Of a stretch of DNA of 64,000 nucleotides, positions 28,357 through 51,304 are shown piece after piece. The stretch is from the human T2T-CHM13v2.0 reference genome, Homo sapiens. How positions within the stretch are numbered: position 1 is the first letter of the stretch; the number at the start of each line of letters is the position of its first letter. The notes below the pieces were generated by a model, which saw only the letters and a list, made by a program, of their open reading frames with translations, was not told the origin of the DNA and did no database searches. Where the stretch lies: NCBI RefSeq assembly GCF_009914755.1, contig NC_060936.1, one strand, 5' to 3'. Made by a program: the position numbers and the translations under genes.

Positions 28357-29049
28357 TCAAGATTTTGCCACACTTGTTTTGTCCATTCTTTTTTTCTTCC
28401 TTTTACTCAAGCAAACCCCAGACATCATGTCATTTCATCAATACATATTTCAAGATATATTTCCTTTTTTATTTTTGAGCAATTTTTGTGTGCGTGCCTC
28501 TAAATTTTCAGTAGGTTCATTTATTTTGTTTTCAATTTAGGAGTTGCTTTTTCCCACTTTTGGTTAAACTTAGATTTTTAGTTATGTAAACATTCATAGA
28601 ATTTCAAAATCAGAACTATAAACCTAGATATAGTCACATCAGTTGTGCTTCCATTATGTGTTCTCATCTGTTTCCCTCTATCCCCCTACAAATAACTAAT
28701 TTTTATTATTCCTTCGGTTGCTGTTTTTTTTTTTTTGAGACAGGGTTTTACTGTGTCCCCTAGGCTAGAGTGCAGTGGCACGATCTTGGCTCATTGCAAC
28801 CTCTGCTTCCCAGACCCACGAGATCCTCCCACCTCAGCCTCCTGAGTAGCTGGGACTACAGGCGTATGCCACATGCCTGGCTAATTTTTGTAATTTTTGT
28901 AAAGAGGAGGTTTCACCATGTTGCCCAGGCTGGTCTTGAACTCCTGGGCTCAAGTGATTTGCCCACCTTAGTTTCCCAAAGTGCTGGGATTACAGGCATG
29001 AGCCACCGCATCAGCTATTCTGTTGCTTCTTTTAAAAAAATATTTTCTA

Positions 29050-29460
29050 AATAGCCAGCATACTATGAACACTGTTCTGCACTATTCTTTTTAAATGATT
29101 TATCCTGGAGGTTATTCCATATCAGTGTACTGAGAGAGTCCTGATTTCTTTTTAATAGCTACATAATATTCCATTAGCCAATTTGCCTAATTGATGGATA
29201 TTTAGGTTGTTTCCTTTTTTTGTTACTATAAATAATGGTACAGTCTTAACTTTGACCATGAGGCATTTATATTTTTTTTCAGTGTGTCTTTGATATTGTT
29301 TCCTACAAGAGGAAATGCATATGTAATTTTGCTGGATACTATGGGATTAGCCTGTCTTGCAATTGTACCATTTTGCATTCCAAACAACCGTATGTGAGAA
29401 TGCCTGTTTTTCTGCAACCTCAGTAAGGAAGTTGTCTAACTTTTGTATTTTTACCAAGTT
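29050..29460 (-). mobile_element. Old L1M(E) fragment
   Basis: TTGATGGATATTTAGGTTGTTTCC, TTTGCATTCCAAACAACCGTATGTGAGAATGCCTGTTT motifs. Confidence 0.7.
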
Positions 29461-29970
29461 TTTTCTGTTTTGAGATAGGGTCTTGCTCTGTTGCCCAGGC
29501 TGATGTACAGTGGTACAATCATAGCTCACTGCAGCCTTGAACTCCTGGGCTCAAGGGATTCTCCTGCCTTAGCCTTTCAAATAACTAGGACTACAGGTGC
29601 ATGCCAAGATGCCTGGCTAATTTTTATTTTATTTTATTTTATTTTTATTTTTTTGTAGAGACAAGGTCTTGCCAGTCTTGAACTCCTGGCTTCAAGTGAT
29701 CCTCCTTCCTCCTCCCAAAGTAGTGAGATTACAGGCATGAGCCACTGTGCATGACTGGCGTTTGCTCTTCTTGATGTTTGGGAATGTTCTACAGATTATA
29801 GATATTTGCTGTTTATGAAAAAATTTGCAAGTACCTTTTCCTCATTTGTTAATTAGAATTACCTCATTAAAAAAATCAAGGTAGAAGTATAATTTACAAA
29901 CACATTACATTCACACATTTTAGAGCACAGTGCAAGAAGTATATGTATATAATTGTGTAACCCACCATGA

Positions 29971-30186
<216 letters not shown>

Positions 30187-30829
30187 TAACACCATGCCTG
30201 GCTAATTTTTGTATTTTTAGTAGAGACAGGGTTTTGCCATGTTGCCCAGCTGGTCTTGAACTCCTGGCCTGAAATTATCTGCCCACCTCAGCCTCCCAAA
30301 GTGCTGGGATTACAGGCATGAGCTGTGCCTGGCTGAAGTTGTGTTTTTTTAGCTGCTACATCCATGACTTAATGTAAACAGGTTCTTTCAACAAATATCT
30401 CATAATTCTCTTCTGTGTTTTAAACAAACAGATTATATAGGCCTAATGTATATTCTAGCTGGGGATATGAGGACACATTATTATAACTAGTATAAATTAA
30501 CTTCTTTCTGTTAAAGGAACCTCTAAGGTAAAATTTTGAAATCCTGTAGCAAAGCTGAATAGGATTGCTCCTTTTTATTTGAAGGGTCATGGGGCAAGCA
30601 GGCGGATCACCTGAGGTCAGGAGTTCAAGACCAGCCTGGCCAACATGGTGAAAGCCCATCTCTACTAAAAATACAAAAATTAGTCAGGTGTGGTGTCAGG
30701 TGCCTGTAATCCCAGCTACTCAGGAGGCTGAGGCAGGAGAATCACTTGAACCCAGGAGACAGAAGTTGCAGTGAGCCTAGATCACACTACAGCACTCCAG
30801 CCTGGGCGACAGGGTGAGACTCTGTCTCA

Positions 30830-31000
<171 letters not shown>

Positions 31001-31414
31001 TTAGCCAGGCATGGTGGAATGCACCTGTAGTCCCAGCTACTCAGGAAGCTGAGGTGGAAGGATTGCTTGAGCCCAGGAGGTCAAGGCTGCAGTGAGCTAT
31101 GATTGCACCCCTGCACTCCAGCCTGGGTGACAGAGCAAGATTCTGTCTCAGAAAAAAAAGGGGTGGGGTGTGGGGCATGTAGTAGCCTAGTACTTTCAAA
31201 CCTTTTTAGCAGAACCCTTTCCTCTCCTCCCACCAATAAAGTTTTTAATCTTGTGTGGAATCTCACTGAATAAACAAAAACAATGTTTTATTACTATAAA
31301 TTTATTTTTATAAATTTGAATGTATAACCTTTACTTAAAAGGTAATGAAAGCAATTAGGTAATTTTGAGGTAGCCTCAAAAGACTTTTGATACTCTTGCT
31401 ATTTCCAACATGCT

Positions 31415-32490
31415 GCTATAAGGAAATCAAAATATACCACTCCAAAATATGCCACTTTGGTATAGCGATTATTTTGCGCTGAAGGCAATAGAGAAACAGC
31501 AGACTCAGGGAAAACTCTAAAAACACAGCATACCCTTCCCTTTTGCAAAGAAAATTTACATTTGTAAAGGAAATTTCTTTCTTTTTTTGAGCTGGGGGTG
31601 GTACGGTGGTGGGTTTTGCTATGTTACCCAAGCTGGTCTTCTGGTCTTGAACTCTTGGGCTCAAACGATCATCCCACCTTAGCCTCCCAATTAGCTGGGA
31701 CTATAGGCAGGTACCACCGTGTTTGGCAGAAATTTCTGTTTGTGAAGATGTCCTCTTCTCTACCAGAAAGAGGAGAATGACTCCAAAGACACAGACACAC
31801 ACACAGACACACACACACATGCACACTACATACACACAAACACAACTCTTACCATCTGAGATGACTTTTCATATGAAATCTTTTTTTTTTTTTTTTTTTT
31901 TTTTTTTGAGACAGTCTTGCTCTGTCGCCCAGGCTGGGGTGCAGTGGTGCAGTCTTGGCTCACAGCTACCTCCGCCTCCCCAGTTCAAGTGATTCTCCTG
32001 CCTCAGCCTCCTGAGTAGCTAGGACTATAGTTGTGTGCCACCACGCCAGGCTAATTTTTGTATTTTTAGTAGAGAAGGGGTTTCACCATGTTGGCCAGGC
32101 TGGTCTCGAAGTCCTGACCTCAAGTGATCAGCCCGCCTCGGCCTCCCAAAGTGCTGGGATTACAGGCATGAGTCACTGCACCCAGCTTCTTCATAACAAA
32201 TCTTACAAAACAACTCTTATACACCACACATTTCCTAGTCATCTTCCCCAAACCTACTTCCCCCTGCACCTGGAAGTCCAAAACCACCTTCTCCAGGACT
32301 TATTAAATGATATATAAACCCTGGGGAATATTTGCATCTTTGTGCTTTCATTCCTTTTTCTGTGAAGTTCCCATATGCGTATGTAATACATCTTTTTCTC
32401 CTGTTAATTTGTTTTTTGTCAATCTAATTTGTAGGCCTCCATGTACAGAACCTAAGAGGATGCAGGGAAAAGTTTCTTCTTCTACACTAC
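31415..32490 (+). mobile_element. MER34-like ERV1 LTR interrupted by Alu monomer (~31575-31727), CA-rich tract and AluS (~31881-32186)
   Basis: CCAAAATATGCCACTTTGG...ATTATTTTGCGCTGAAGGCAAT start; TATATAAACC; TTTTCTCCTGTTAAT...GAACCTAAGAGG end. Confidence 0.65.
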
Positions 32491-32552
32491 CCACATCACA
32501 GGAACCTTGCAAGCTTAGTGGAAGACTGAAATGTGTTTGATTGTTTTTGAAC

Positions 32553-33185
32553 TATTAGGGCTCATAAAACAATACCCCAAAATGAGGGTTTCAGAAGCAG
32601 CCTAAGAAGCAAAAGTTTTTCTCTGACCTTTTCCTGTCCTCCTTTCTCTCAATCCCATTCTCCCTCAAGTCTAGTCATCGAAACTAGAATCTCTCTTCCC
32701 CAAGGCAGGTCATAGAAACCAGAACCCCTTTTCTCCAAAGCCAGCCATAAAACCTAAAAATATTACCCAGACTTTCCCTCCCCCTTTCTTTGTAAAAGCT
32801 ATCCATAAAGAAATCACCTGACCTAACTTGTTTGACTGTAGGTCAACAAGGGTCCTGCCCCAAACCCAGAAGGAAGGAATGCATGCTCAGAGAGGCCAGG
32901 AAGAATCTAGGCAGACAGGCCTTGCTGGGTTTCCCCACTCAGTCTACTAGCATTTGATCAGACCCTTTTTGTCCAATTATATTTTTACATGGCTCTCTGT
33001 GCTTTGTTGAACCCAAGCATAAAATGGACATTTTCCCCTGTACTTTTGAGTCTTCATTCTGAAGGCTCTCGTGTATACACGTTAAATAAATTTGTTTGCC
33101 TTTTCTTCAGTTAATCTACCTTATGCTAGTTGATTTTTTGGCAAACCTTCAGAGGGACAAGGGGAAAGCTCTCCCTTGGCTCCTG
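32553..33185 (+). mobile_element. MER39/MER39B-like ERV1 solo LTR
   Basis: GGGCTCATAAAACAATACCCCAAAATGAG...AGAAGCAAAAGTTTTTCTCTGACC...CAAACCTTCAGAGGG. Confidence 0.75.
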
Positions 33186-33295
33186 TGTTAGTCTGTTTTG
33201 TGTTGCTATAAAGGAAACCCGAAATTGCAAAATTTGTGAAGAAAAGAGGTTTATTTGGCTCACAGTTCTGCAGGCTGTACAAGCATGGCACCAGT
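33185..33295 (-). mobile_element. MST (MaLR) LTR fragment
   Basis: TGTGTTAGTCTGTTTTGTGTTGCTATAAAGGAA...AGAAAAGAGGTTTATTTGGCTCACAGTTCTGCAGGCTGTACAAG. Confidence 0.75.
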
Positions 33296-33556
33296 GATGT
33301 TCAAGGATTTGGAGTTAAATTTCCCAGTGCCCAACAAGTGCTCATCCTGTGCACTGCATGTGTCCCTCGCTAAATGACAGGAAGTTTCACAAACTATGGT
33401 CAGAGCTTGTTTGTCTGATCCTTCCCAGTTGGTGTTACAACACAGCCCTCCACCCTCACCCCATGCCCCAACACTCTTTTCTTCATGTCATGCCCTGACT
33501 CCACTAGTTCCCAAATTCCCTGCAGATAAAATCTTAACTCTTCAGTATATATATAT

Positions 33557-35105
<1,549 letters not shown>

Positions 35106-35557
35106 TGATTGGGTAATCACAGTCTGTTATCATTACATAATTGTTCTATGGGGAATATTTTTTTCGTTAACTAGTTTATAAGGTTTTGAAGGCCAGAAAT
35201 CTATCTAACTCTTCTTTTATGTCTTACCCAGTTTCCATGGTGCTATGCATATAATAAGATCTCAGTACTTAAGGTAGTGAAAGAGTGGATGTAGCTATAG
35301 CTATGGCATGGATATAGCACAGCAGGGAACAAGGGAGAACAATTGCTGAATTATATCCATCAGCAATTTTCCTTTGATATGGACAATTTATGCAGCCCAG
35401 CTTAGGCTACCACTAAGGCCTCCACAGAAATTCTGAGGGCACTGTTAGGTCTCTTACTTGTATTTATTAAGAAGGTTCAATTTCTCCCTGGAATGCCTTT
35501 CTTGAACAAAAAAGCATTTCTATTTTCCTAAAGCTGTTGTCATGAGACACAGATTTC

Positions 35558-35755
35558 TTTTTTTTTTTTAAATTATACTTTAAGTTCTAGGGTACATGTG
35601 CACAACGTGCAGGTTTGTTACATATGTATACGTGTACCACGTTGGTGTGCTGCAACCATTAACTCGTCATTTACATTAGGTATATCTCCTAATGCTATCC
35701 CTCCCCCCTCCCCCCACCCCACATCAGGCCCTGGTGTGTGATGTTCCTCTTCCTG
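35558..35755 (-). mobile_element. 5'-truncated L1PA 3' end (~200 bp)
   Basis: TTATACTTTAAGTTCTAGGGTACATGTGCACAACGTGCAGG...; perfect 14-bp TSD GAGACACAGATTTC at 35544-35557 and 35756-35769. Confidence 0.95.
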
Positions 35756-36571
35756 GAGACACAGATTTCAAAGTCAGATATGGTCACCAGATCTCTGCCT
35801 TGTGTTTGTGATAAACAGTCCTTATTTAGCCACATTTTATTTATTTCTGTTCCCCTCTCTATCTCTTGACGCGCTGAGGTTAAATCTCAAGCAAAAATGT
35901 CAGAAATGTCTGTTTATTCTTCCCAGTTTACAAAATGCACGTGGCTGCAGAGATGACATGACTTGACAAGTAGTGGTGACTCTTCACTTTGAGGACAGCA
36001 TTAATCTCCCAGCCTCAGCTCTGCTTCTAGAAGCCCCTGTAAGACATAATATCACTATGGATGGGTCATAATCATGGTCAATGCCTCATGGCAAAAAAAG
36101 TTCAGGATCTCCCTACCTGTATTCAAACTAAGGGATAGATGGCTAAAAGCCCTTAGCAGAAGCGTGGGGGTAGGGAGCACAAATTAATTGCAAGGACTGA
36201 TCAAAATCAATGTTGGAAAGTTCAATGTCCCAGACAATTGAATAAAAATAATCTTTTCTCTCATTTAAAAACCTCGAATACAATCTCTGTCACACAAAGA
36301 CACTCTCTAATAACATATTTCAAATCAATTCACTGCAAATCATTTGTGGCTGGAAACCCTTGTGGTTTCCTCTGAAGTTGTCTGACACTCCTCTCACCCT
36401 AGGTTGGCTGAGCCCGAAGGCTGTGTAGTGTAGTGATCAGGAGGGTGAACGTGGGAGCTCGGGCTGCCTTGCCGCTTGCCGTTGTAAAGTCTATGCCACG
36501 CTTCCAGGGGAAGATGAGAAGTGTTAGGAGGATTAAATGAGTTTAGGAGCGCTCAAAATACTGCCTGATAA

Positions 36572-36874
36572 GCCGGGCGCGGTGGCTCACGCCTGTAATC
36601 CCAGCACTTTGGGAGGCTGAGGCGGGTGAATCACGAGGTCAGGAGATCGAGACCATCCTGGCTAACACGGTGAAACCCCGTCTCTACTAAAAATACAAAA
36701 AATTAGCCGGGCGTGGTGGCGGGCGCCTGTAGTCCCAGCTCCTCGGGAGGCTGAGGAAGGAGAATGGCGTGAACCCAGGAGGCGGAGCTTGCGGTGAGCC
36801 AAGATCGCGCCACTGCACCCCAGCCTGGGCGAGAGAGAGAGAGACTCCATCTCAAAAAAAAAAAAAAAAAAAAA
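36572..36874 (+). mobile_element. AluY inserted in a MIR
   Basis: AluY diagnostics (GAGATCGAGACCATCCTGGCTAACACGG, GAATGGCGTGAACCC), CpG-rich; TSD-like AATA(C/G)TGCCTGATA. Confidence 0.93.
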
Positions 36875-36995
36875 GAATAGTGCCTGATACACAGTAAGAG
36901 GTCAAAAAATGTTCAATGAATTAATCTTTTTTCCTTATCTGAGGGGTCTTTTCTAGAAAAAATATCTCAGAAGTTAAAAAAACAAACAAACAACT

Positions 36996-39955
<2,960 letters not shown>

Positions 39956-40586
39956 TCAATTTATCTGTTTGGTTTCTTTAACTTTTTTTGTTGTTGTTGT
40001 TGTTGTTTGTTTCTTTATCTTTCAAAGGAGAAAGGTAATTATGACTTGGTCAGAGTAAGCATTAATGTCAAGGGCTTTGAGGGTCTGAGATACAAGGTAA
40101 CATGATTATGATGATCAAGGATTTTTTCATCAGGTATATGCTTTCCCTTGGCCAGTTCTTATCACAGTAATGAGGAAATGCAGAAGCCTATGATGAAATT
40201 CACTTGGACACAGATACCGAACTATGGGGTTTATCTTGCAGTCCTCGTACCAGGTAGTGCCCTTTGCACAAAATATTTCAGCTCATTAGGTCCTAGATAT
40301 GTTGGATGGACAAATCTAGTGATGGAAAAGCCATTTGCTTTTCTCCCCCACCTTGTCCTATAAACCGGGGTTACCTCCAGGCTCACAGGTAACACATCCT
40401 TTCCTTGATTATTGAGGATGTGCCCAAACATGGAAATACTATCCTTATACGTAATCATATTAGCTAACATCATGAGCTTTTATTATGTGCCAGGCACAAT
40501 GTTTTGCATGTCTTAGTTTACTTAATCCCTTTAAGAATCCTATAAGGTAAGATTTTATTACCCTCCCTTTCCAGATGTAGAACTGA

Positions 40587-45410
<4,824 letters not shown>

Positions 45411-45914
45411 AATAAAGCATTTTAATGCATTTTTCCTCAAAGTATTCATAAACTTCAACTTGTTCTAGGTAAAATTATTTTCCCCTTTCTACCCACAATA
45501 AAATGAGTAATTTAAGCCCTTAACCTACACATTATTCTTACCTTGGAATATTTAATAAGAGCTGCGCTAATATTATATCTGAATAATGAAATAAGAGAAA
45601 CCAAATAAGAAAAATTTGTCATAAAGCCCTATTCTCCTACATTAGATTATGTGCATGGCACACACACGGATCAGCTTAAGCTGGGTGAAACTATATGGAG
45701 TTAGAATTCCTGGCTTCCTATCATTCAGTAGCTGTGTGGCCGAGAAGAAGACTTTAATGTTGTAGGACCTTTAAAATGGGCTGTAACTCAAAGGCCCTCC
45801 TTCTGGAGTTGTTGTGAATCACGTGGGGTAATATATACTAGTTTACAAGATGGATGTGTAAGCCCGAAGGTGGAGCAGGTTTGCAAGCCTTCTTTCAGCC
45901 TAGGGACAGTAGGA

Positions 45915-45928
45915 TGACTCATGAGTCA
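45915..45928. promoter_or_regulatory. Back-to-back AP-1 sites TGACTCA-TGAGTCA
   Basis: Two perfect TRE heptamers forming a 14-bp palindrome ~1.5 kb upstream of the RASSF3 ATG. Confidence 0.55.
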
Positions 45929-46799
45929 ATTCTTCTCTCCTTCCCGTCATTTCGGGTCCAACTCTTCCTCCTGTAGTCCACAAAAGAGCACGGCTGACCG
46001 AGACCAAGCAGAGAACCCAGTAGGGTATGTGACCACGTTCAGATCAACAGAACGCAAAGCAGAACGGTCCGAGTACTGCCTCCTACAGCCACTTTCCTTT
46101 CTTTAAGCCTCAGCTGCTGCTCTAGGTGTAAAACCGGCATAAAATAGCACTACGTACCTTGCAGAGTTGCTCGGAGGATTGAAGGAGATAATGTAAGAGA
46201 GTTTGGCTAGTTTGGCTATGATGGATGGACATTTTCTCTTTTCTAACGTCTCTCTTCCCCTCCTAATGAAACCTCTTCTGAAGCTCGCTAACTATAGCAG
46301 GGCTTGCAGCTTCAAAAAAACCTTTCAGTCAAGATCTTGAAATTAGTATTATTTAAATCAGTGCAGTAACACCAAGGTGTAAAAGACTGTTACCCACTGG
46401 TGGCTTTAAGAGGATTAGCTGACTGAAGAGTTTTAGAAAACATGGAAACTTTTTTTGTACGTGGATGGATGGAATTCCCTGATCTCCTTATCCCCACCAC
46501 TTAAACCATGCCTTGTGGGTGACCGTGGAAGGCTGATTGTGGCGGGGACATTTACAAAGCACATTTAATTGATAAGCACTCGATTGTTCTGTAACTATAG
46601 AACTAGTTCACCTTTCAGTTGCACTGAGTGCGCCTAAGATAACGATCTTATTTGGAAGTGAGCCCTCGCTAGAAAGAAGGGGAAAAGGGTAAGACCGAAG
46701 CTCAAATGAATGACCAGAAAGGATGTTTTCATTCGAATAAACTCAACCCAGTTTTTGACCTCCCCACCCATCTCTGCCAACTTGAAATCCTCCTGGAGG

Positions 46800-48450
46800 G
46801 GCGAGCTGCTGGGGTTCAGGACTGGGCGTTGCGGCTGCAGGAAGCCGTGGGACCTGGGGGGTCCCTCGGCCGGGCAACCCCCACCCACCCCTACAGGACC
46901 CTGGTGCGGGGGCGAGCAGGGAGTGGACGCAGAGAAAGTTCCCCGCTCTGCTCCCGCCCTCTCCGAAACTCGAGCCAGCGAGGCTGGGGGCGGGCGGACG
47001 GCTCGCAGAGGAATTTGCAGTTTCCGGGAGGTTGAGGAAGCGACCCGAGCACAGCCCCAGCAGACGCAGCCCTAGCGCCCGGCTTTCCGGGTTCCGCGAC
47101 GCTGTCGGGAGAAACCCGCGCGCCTGGAAGGGGCGGGCCGGGCTCCCCCCACCTGCGGGCGGGCGGGGAGGGTCGCGGCCGCGCGGGGTGGGGCTCGGCC
47201 GGTCGCCCGTCCGGGGCGGGGCCCAGGGAGGCGGGGTCGCGGGCGCACCGGGGCCGAGCCGCGCCTGGAGCCTGGCGGGGAGGCGGCAGGAGGGGCCGGG
47301 AGAGCCTGATTGAGCGGCGGCCGCAGCTGCATAAGGACTGCCCGGGGCCGCGCGCCGGGAACCTCGCGGGGCTGGCGGGCGCCGCACCCCCTCCCTGGCC
47401 GCCTGCGCCCCGGGGAGGCTGCCCGCGCGCGACGGGACCGGCAGCATGAGCAGCGGCTACAGCAGCCTGGAGGAGGACGCCGAGGACTTCTTCTTCACCG
47501 CCAGGACCTCCTTCTTCAGGAGAGCGCCCCAGGGCAAGCCCCGCTCCGGCCAACAAGTGAGTGGCGCGCGGCGGGCGCTGCAGCCCGCGCCCCAGAGTTC
47601 CGGGGAACCCGCCAGCCCGCGCCCCCTGCCTCCACGTGTCTCTGCGGGGCGCTCGGGGGATGCTCGCCGGGAAGGAGGAGCGGGCCGAGAAGTGGCTTCT
47701 GCCTTTTCGGGTCCCGGGAACGTGCCTGGAGCTTGTGCGTGTAGGCGAGGGAAGGCGGAGGAAGGGCGGGGAGGCTGAGGGCCGGCTTCTGCCTTCCGCG
47801 CCAGATGGCCTCTGCAGCTCCGCCTCGGGCTGCCGCCTGCGGGGAGCAGCCCCGGAGCCAGCAGGCGTCCCCGGGCCACTCCCCCAGGTTTCCCCTTCGC
47901 GTCCCCGCTGGGTCGACGGTCGGGTTCGCGCGCCTGTCCTTCCTGTTAGTCAGCTTACTCATCTGTGGCCCCCAGAGTGGCTTGGGTCAACGTGTAATAG
48001 CTAGGGGTGGCCGGGTGACCTGACCTCCCCTCTTCCTGGCCCGGGCGCCCTGGTGGAGTGGGGGTCCAAGGGCACCGTGGGCCTCGCCACCATAGGCGCT
48101 CACTAAATCTCCGTTGCGGGACTCAGGGTTGTGCGTTTTCTGTAAAGCTAGGTTTTTTGGTGCCCAGATGTTTTGCAAACAAGCTCCTATGCTAAATACT
48201 AGCCAGCGACAGCTAACCTTTTCGCCGGTTTCTTCCTTTTTTGGAGGCAGCATGCCGTGGGAAGCACGAGTTGGGAAAAGATGGGAAGGGAACTTGTGCC
48301 AGTTTCGCCAGCTGTAGCCGTGTTTTTTGGGAGGCCTTCCCGAAACGGGGCACGTCGGCTGGACTGAGGAGCCCGGTGCTAGAGCCCGCGGCCTCCTGGC
48401 ACTAGGAGCCGCACCAGGGGAGCCGGGCCAACCCGGCCACGCTCACATCA
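46800..48450. promoter_or_regulatory. RASSF3: CpG island / RASSF3 promoter with GC boxes
   Basis: Abrupt switch to very GC- and CpG-rich, repeat-free sequence; GGGGCGGGG Sp/KLF boxes (e.g. 47213-47221); surrounds exon 1. Confidence 0.93.
47446..47556 (+). CDS. RASSF3: RASSF3 (Ras association domain family member 3) first coding exon, 37 codons, phase-0 intron follows; rest of gene lies beyond the window
   Basis: ATG in context GGCAGCATGA (A at -3) inside a CpG island; translates MSSGYSSLEEDAEDFFFTARTSFFRRAPQGKPRSGQQ, which I recognise as the RASSF3 N-terminus; strong donor CAA|GTGAGT at 47557; MIR548C in the downstream intron fits the known locus. Confidence 0.96.
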
Positions 48451-50463
48451 GATTACAGAAGATTGTAATGGCACAAATTTGTTGCTTTTAGAAAACAGGC
48501 GTTCGCCAAACATTTCTATTAATACCGGACTGAGACCTAGAGACTAGAAGCAAGAAGAATCGTTCAGGGGCCGGATGATAACTTCTTTTGGTGGATGTGG
48601 GAGGGTGCAATCTGTCAGGGTGGTCTTGCCAGACCTCTTAAGTTTAGCCACTTTCTGAAGTAAAATTCTTTCTAAAATTCGGAAGTTCTAGTCTTTTCAG
48701 GCTCTTAAGTCCCAAACCAGGAGGAGGAGAGGAGACGGTGAAGGGTAAGCTGAAGTCAAGTGCCCTTATTCAGTAACCGCAGTTAATCTCAAGTCCCGGT
48801 GCCATAGTTGTCCGTCTTGTATTGTTTCTAAGGCTTAAGGCCCCACTATTTACGAGTCACTTTGAGTGGGATCTCTTACTTTCAGCAGAGTGTGTTCTGA
48901 GAGCATGAGATTGCTGTGAAGTTTGGAAGTTGGAAACGCCCTCTCCTCCCCCATGCCCACCCTCCCTGGGTTGTAGAAAAATTGCATTTGCTTATGCTTT
49001 TTCCATTTTTGCTTTCTCTTTCTTGGCCTCTCTCTTCCCCTTCTCCGTTTTGCATTTTCTCCTTTCATTTATGTTGCTTTCACCACTTGACATGAAAAGG
49101 AACTCATGGTAGTTTGAAGTTTATTCCAGAGGTGTCTGCTAATCTCCTGAAAACTGGCTGGTTCTTGGATTCTCCAGGGGTGAGATGCCACAAGGGCCAA
49201 ACTATTCAGGTTTGAATTGTATGAGAATCCTTTAGTGCTTTAAAGAGTAAAGACATCAGTTTTTTTCTAGGTTTATATGCATTTAGCGTTTCTTTTTTTT
49301 TTTTTTTTTTTGAGATGGAGTCTCACTGTGTTACCCAGGCTGGAGTGCAGTCGTGTGATCTCACTGCAACCTCAGCTTCCCTGGTTCAAGCGATTCCCTT
49401 GCCTCAGCTTCCCGAGTAGCTGAGATTACAGGCATGCACCACCACATCTGGCTCATTTTTGTATTTTTAGTAGAGATGGGATTTAACCATGTTGGCCAGG
49501 CTGGTCTCGAACTCCTGGCCTCAGGTAATCTGCCCGCCTTGGCCTCCCAAAGTGCAGGGATTACAGATGTGAGCCACCGCCCCCGGCACATTTATTGTTT
49601 CTATGTTGTATGCAATCATTTATGTATCATCTAGCATATATATTATACTCAGGGTAGTATTATTTAGCATTTAGAATTAGTCTAACATTAATATGTATTT
49701 TGAAATATCGTGTTGGAAATCAGGACAGGAAGACATAGTTCGTGGTTGAAGAGCTTCATATGTGTATTTGAAGCTTTATTGCCTGCATATTTTTCCCTTC
49801 TAACATAACACATGTAAGGTGCTGAGTTGTAGAAGTTATTTGCCAGGCAGAGAAAGTGTTCTAAACTACGAATTTTAGTGAGCATTGTGGTTTATTTAAA
49901 GAAGTGATATGAATGTTTTAAATTCCTGGTAAGATTGGTGAATTAGGGAAGTAAAACATCATAAATATAAAGCAAAACACTCTTAATGTAGAATGTTCCT
50001 TTTATCTAAGGTTAGATAAGCCTTTTTCTTCATTTTCATGCTGATGATTATAAGAATAAGATAAGCACTTCTGACATACATCATAGTAGTGAAATTTATC
50101 CTTTCTCTAGAGAGATGGAAAGAGAGGTATTGCTAGAAGGATCTATTAGAGATACAGTGATTTTTTTTTTTTTTGGATGCTGTACCACCTGGTGGAAAAG
50201 TGAGAAAAATGAGGTTTCTAGATTTCTTGAAAATATCCGGAGAAAACAAGATGTTTGTGGTAAATGCAGAATGGGGAGAAAGGGGTGAGGGAGCGGGTGG
50301 ACTGGAAATTTCTTTCTTCTCTTGCCAGGCAAGGGAACATAGTGCAACTTCTTTCTATCCCCAACAGTAACAAAAACCTTATAAAGAAAATGTTTTCATT
50401 TTTTTTCTTACTTTAAACCCCATTCTTAACAACAAGAACAACAACAAAAATGGAAAAGGGTTA

Positions 50464-51304
<841 letters not shown>

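Noticed and set aside
47446-47778. 110-aa ORF continuing past RASSF3 codon 37
   Set aside because: Read-through into intron 1 beyond the GTGAGT donor; the added sequence is low-complexity GC-rich translation
46706-48023. Long overlapping ORFs on both strands (234, 221, 148, 147 aa)
   Set aside because: Stop-codon depletion in a CpG island; P/R/G/A-rich with no recognisable domain
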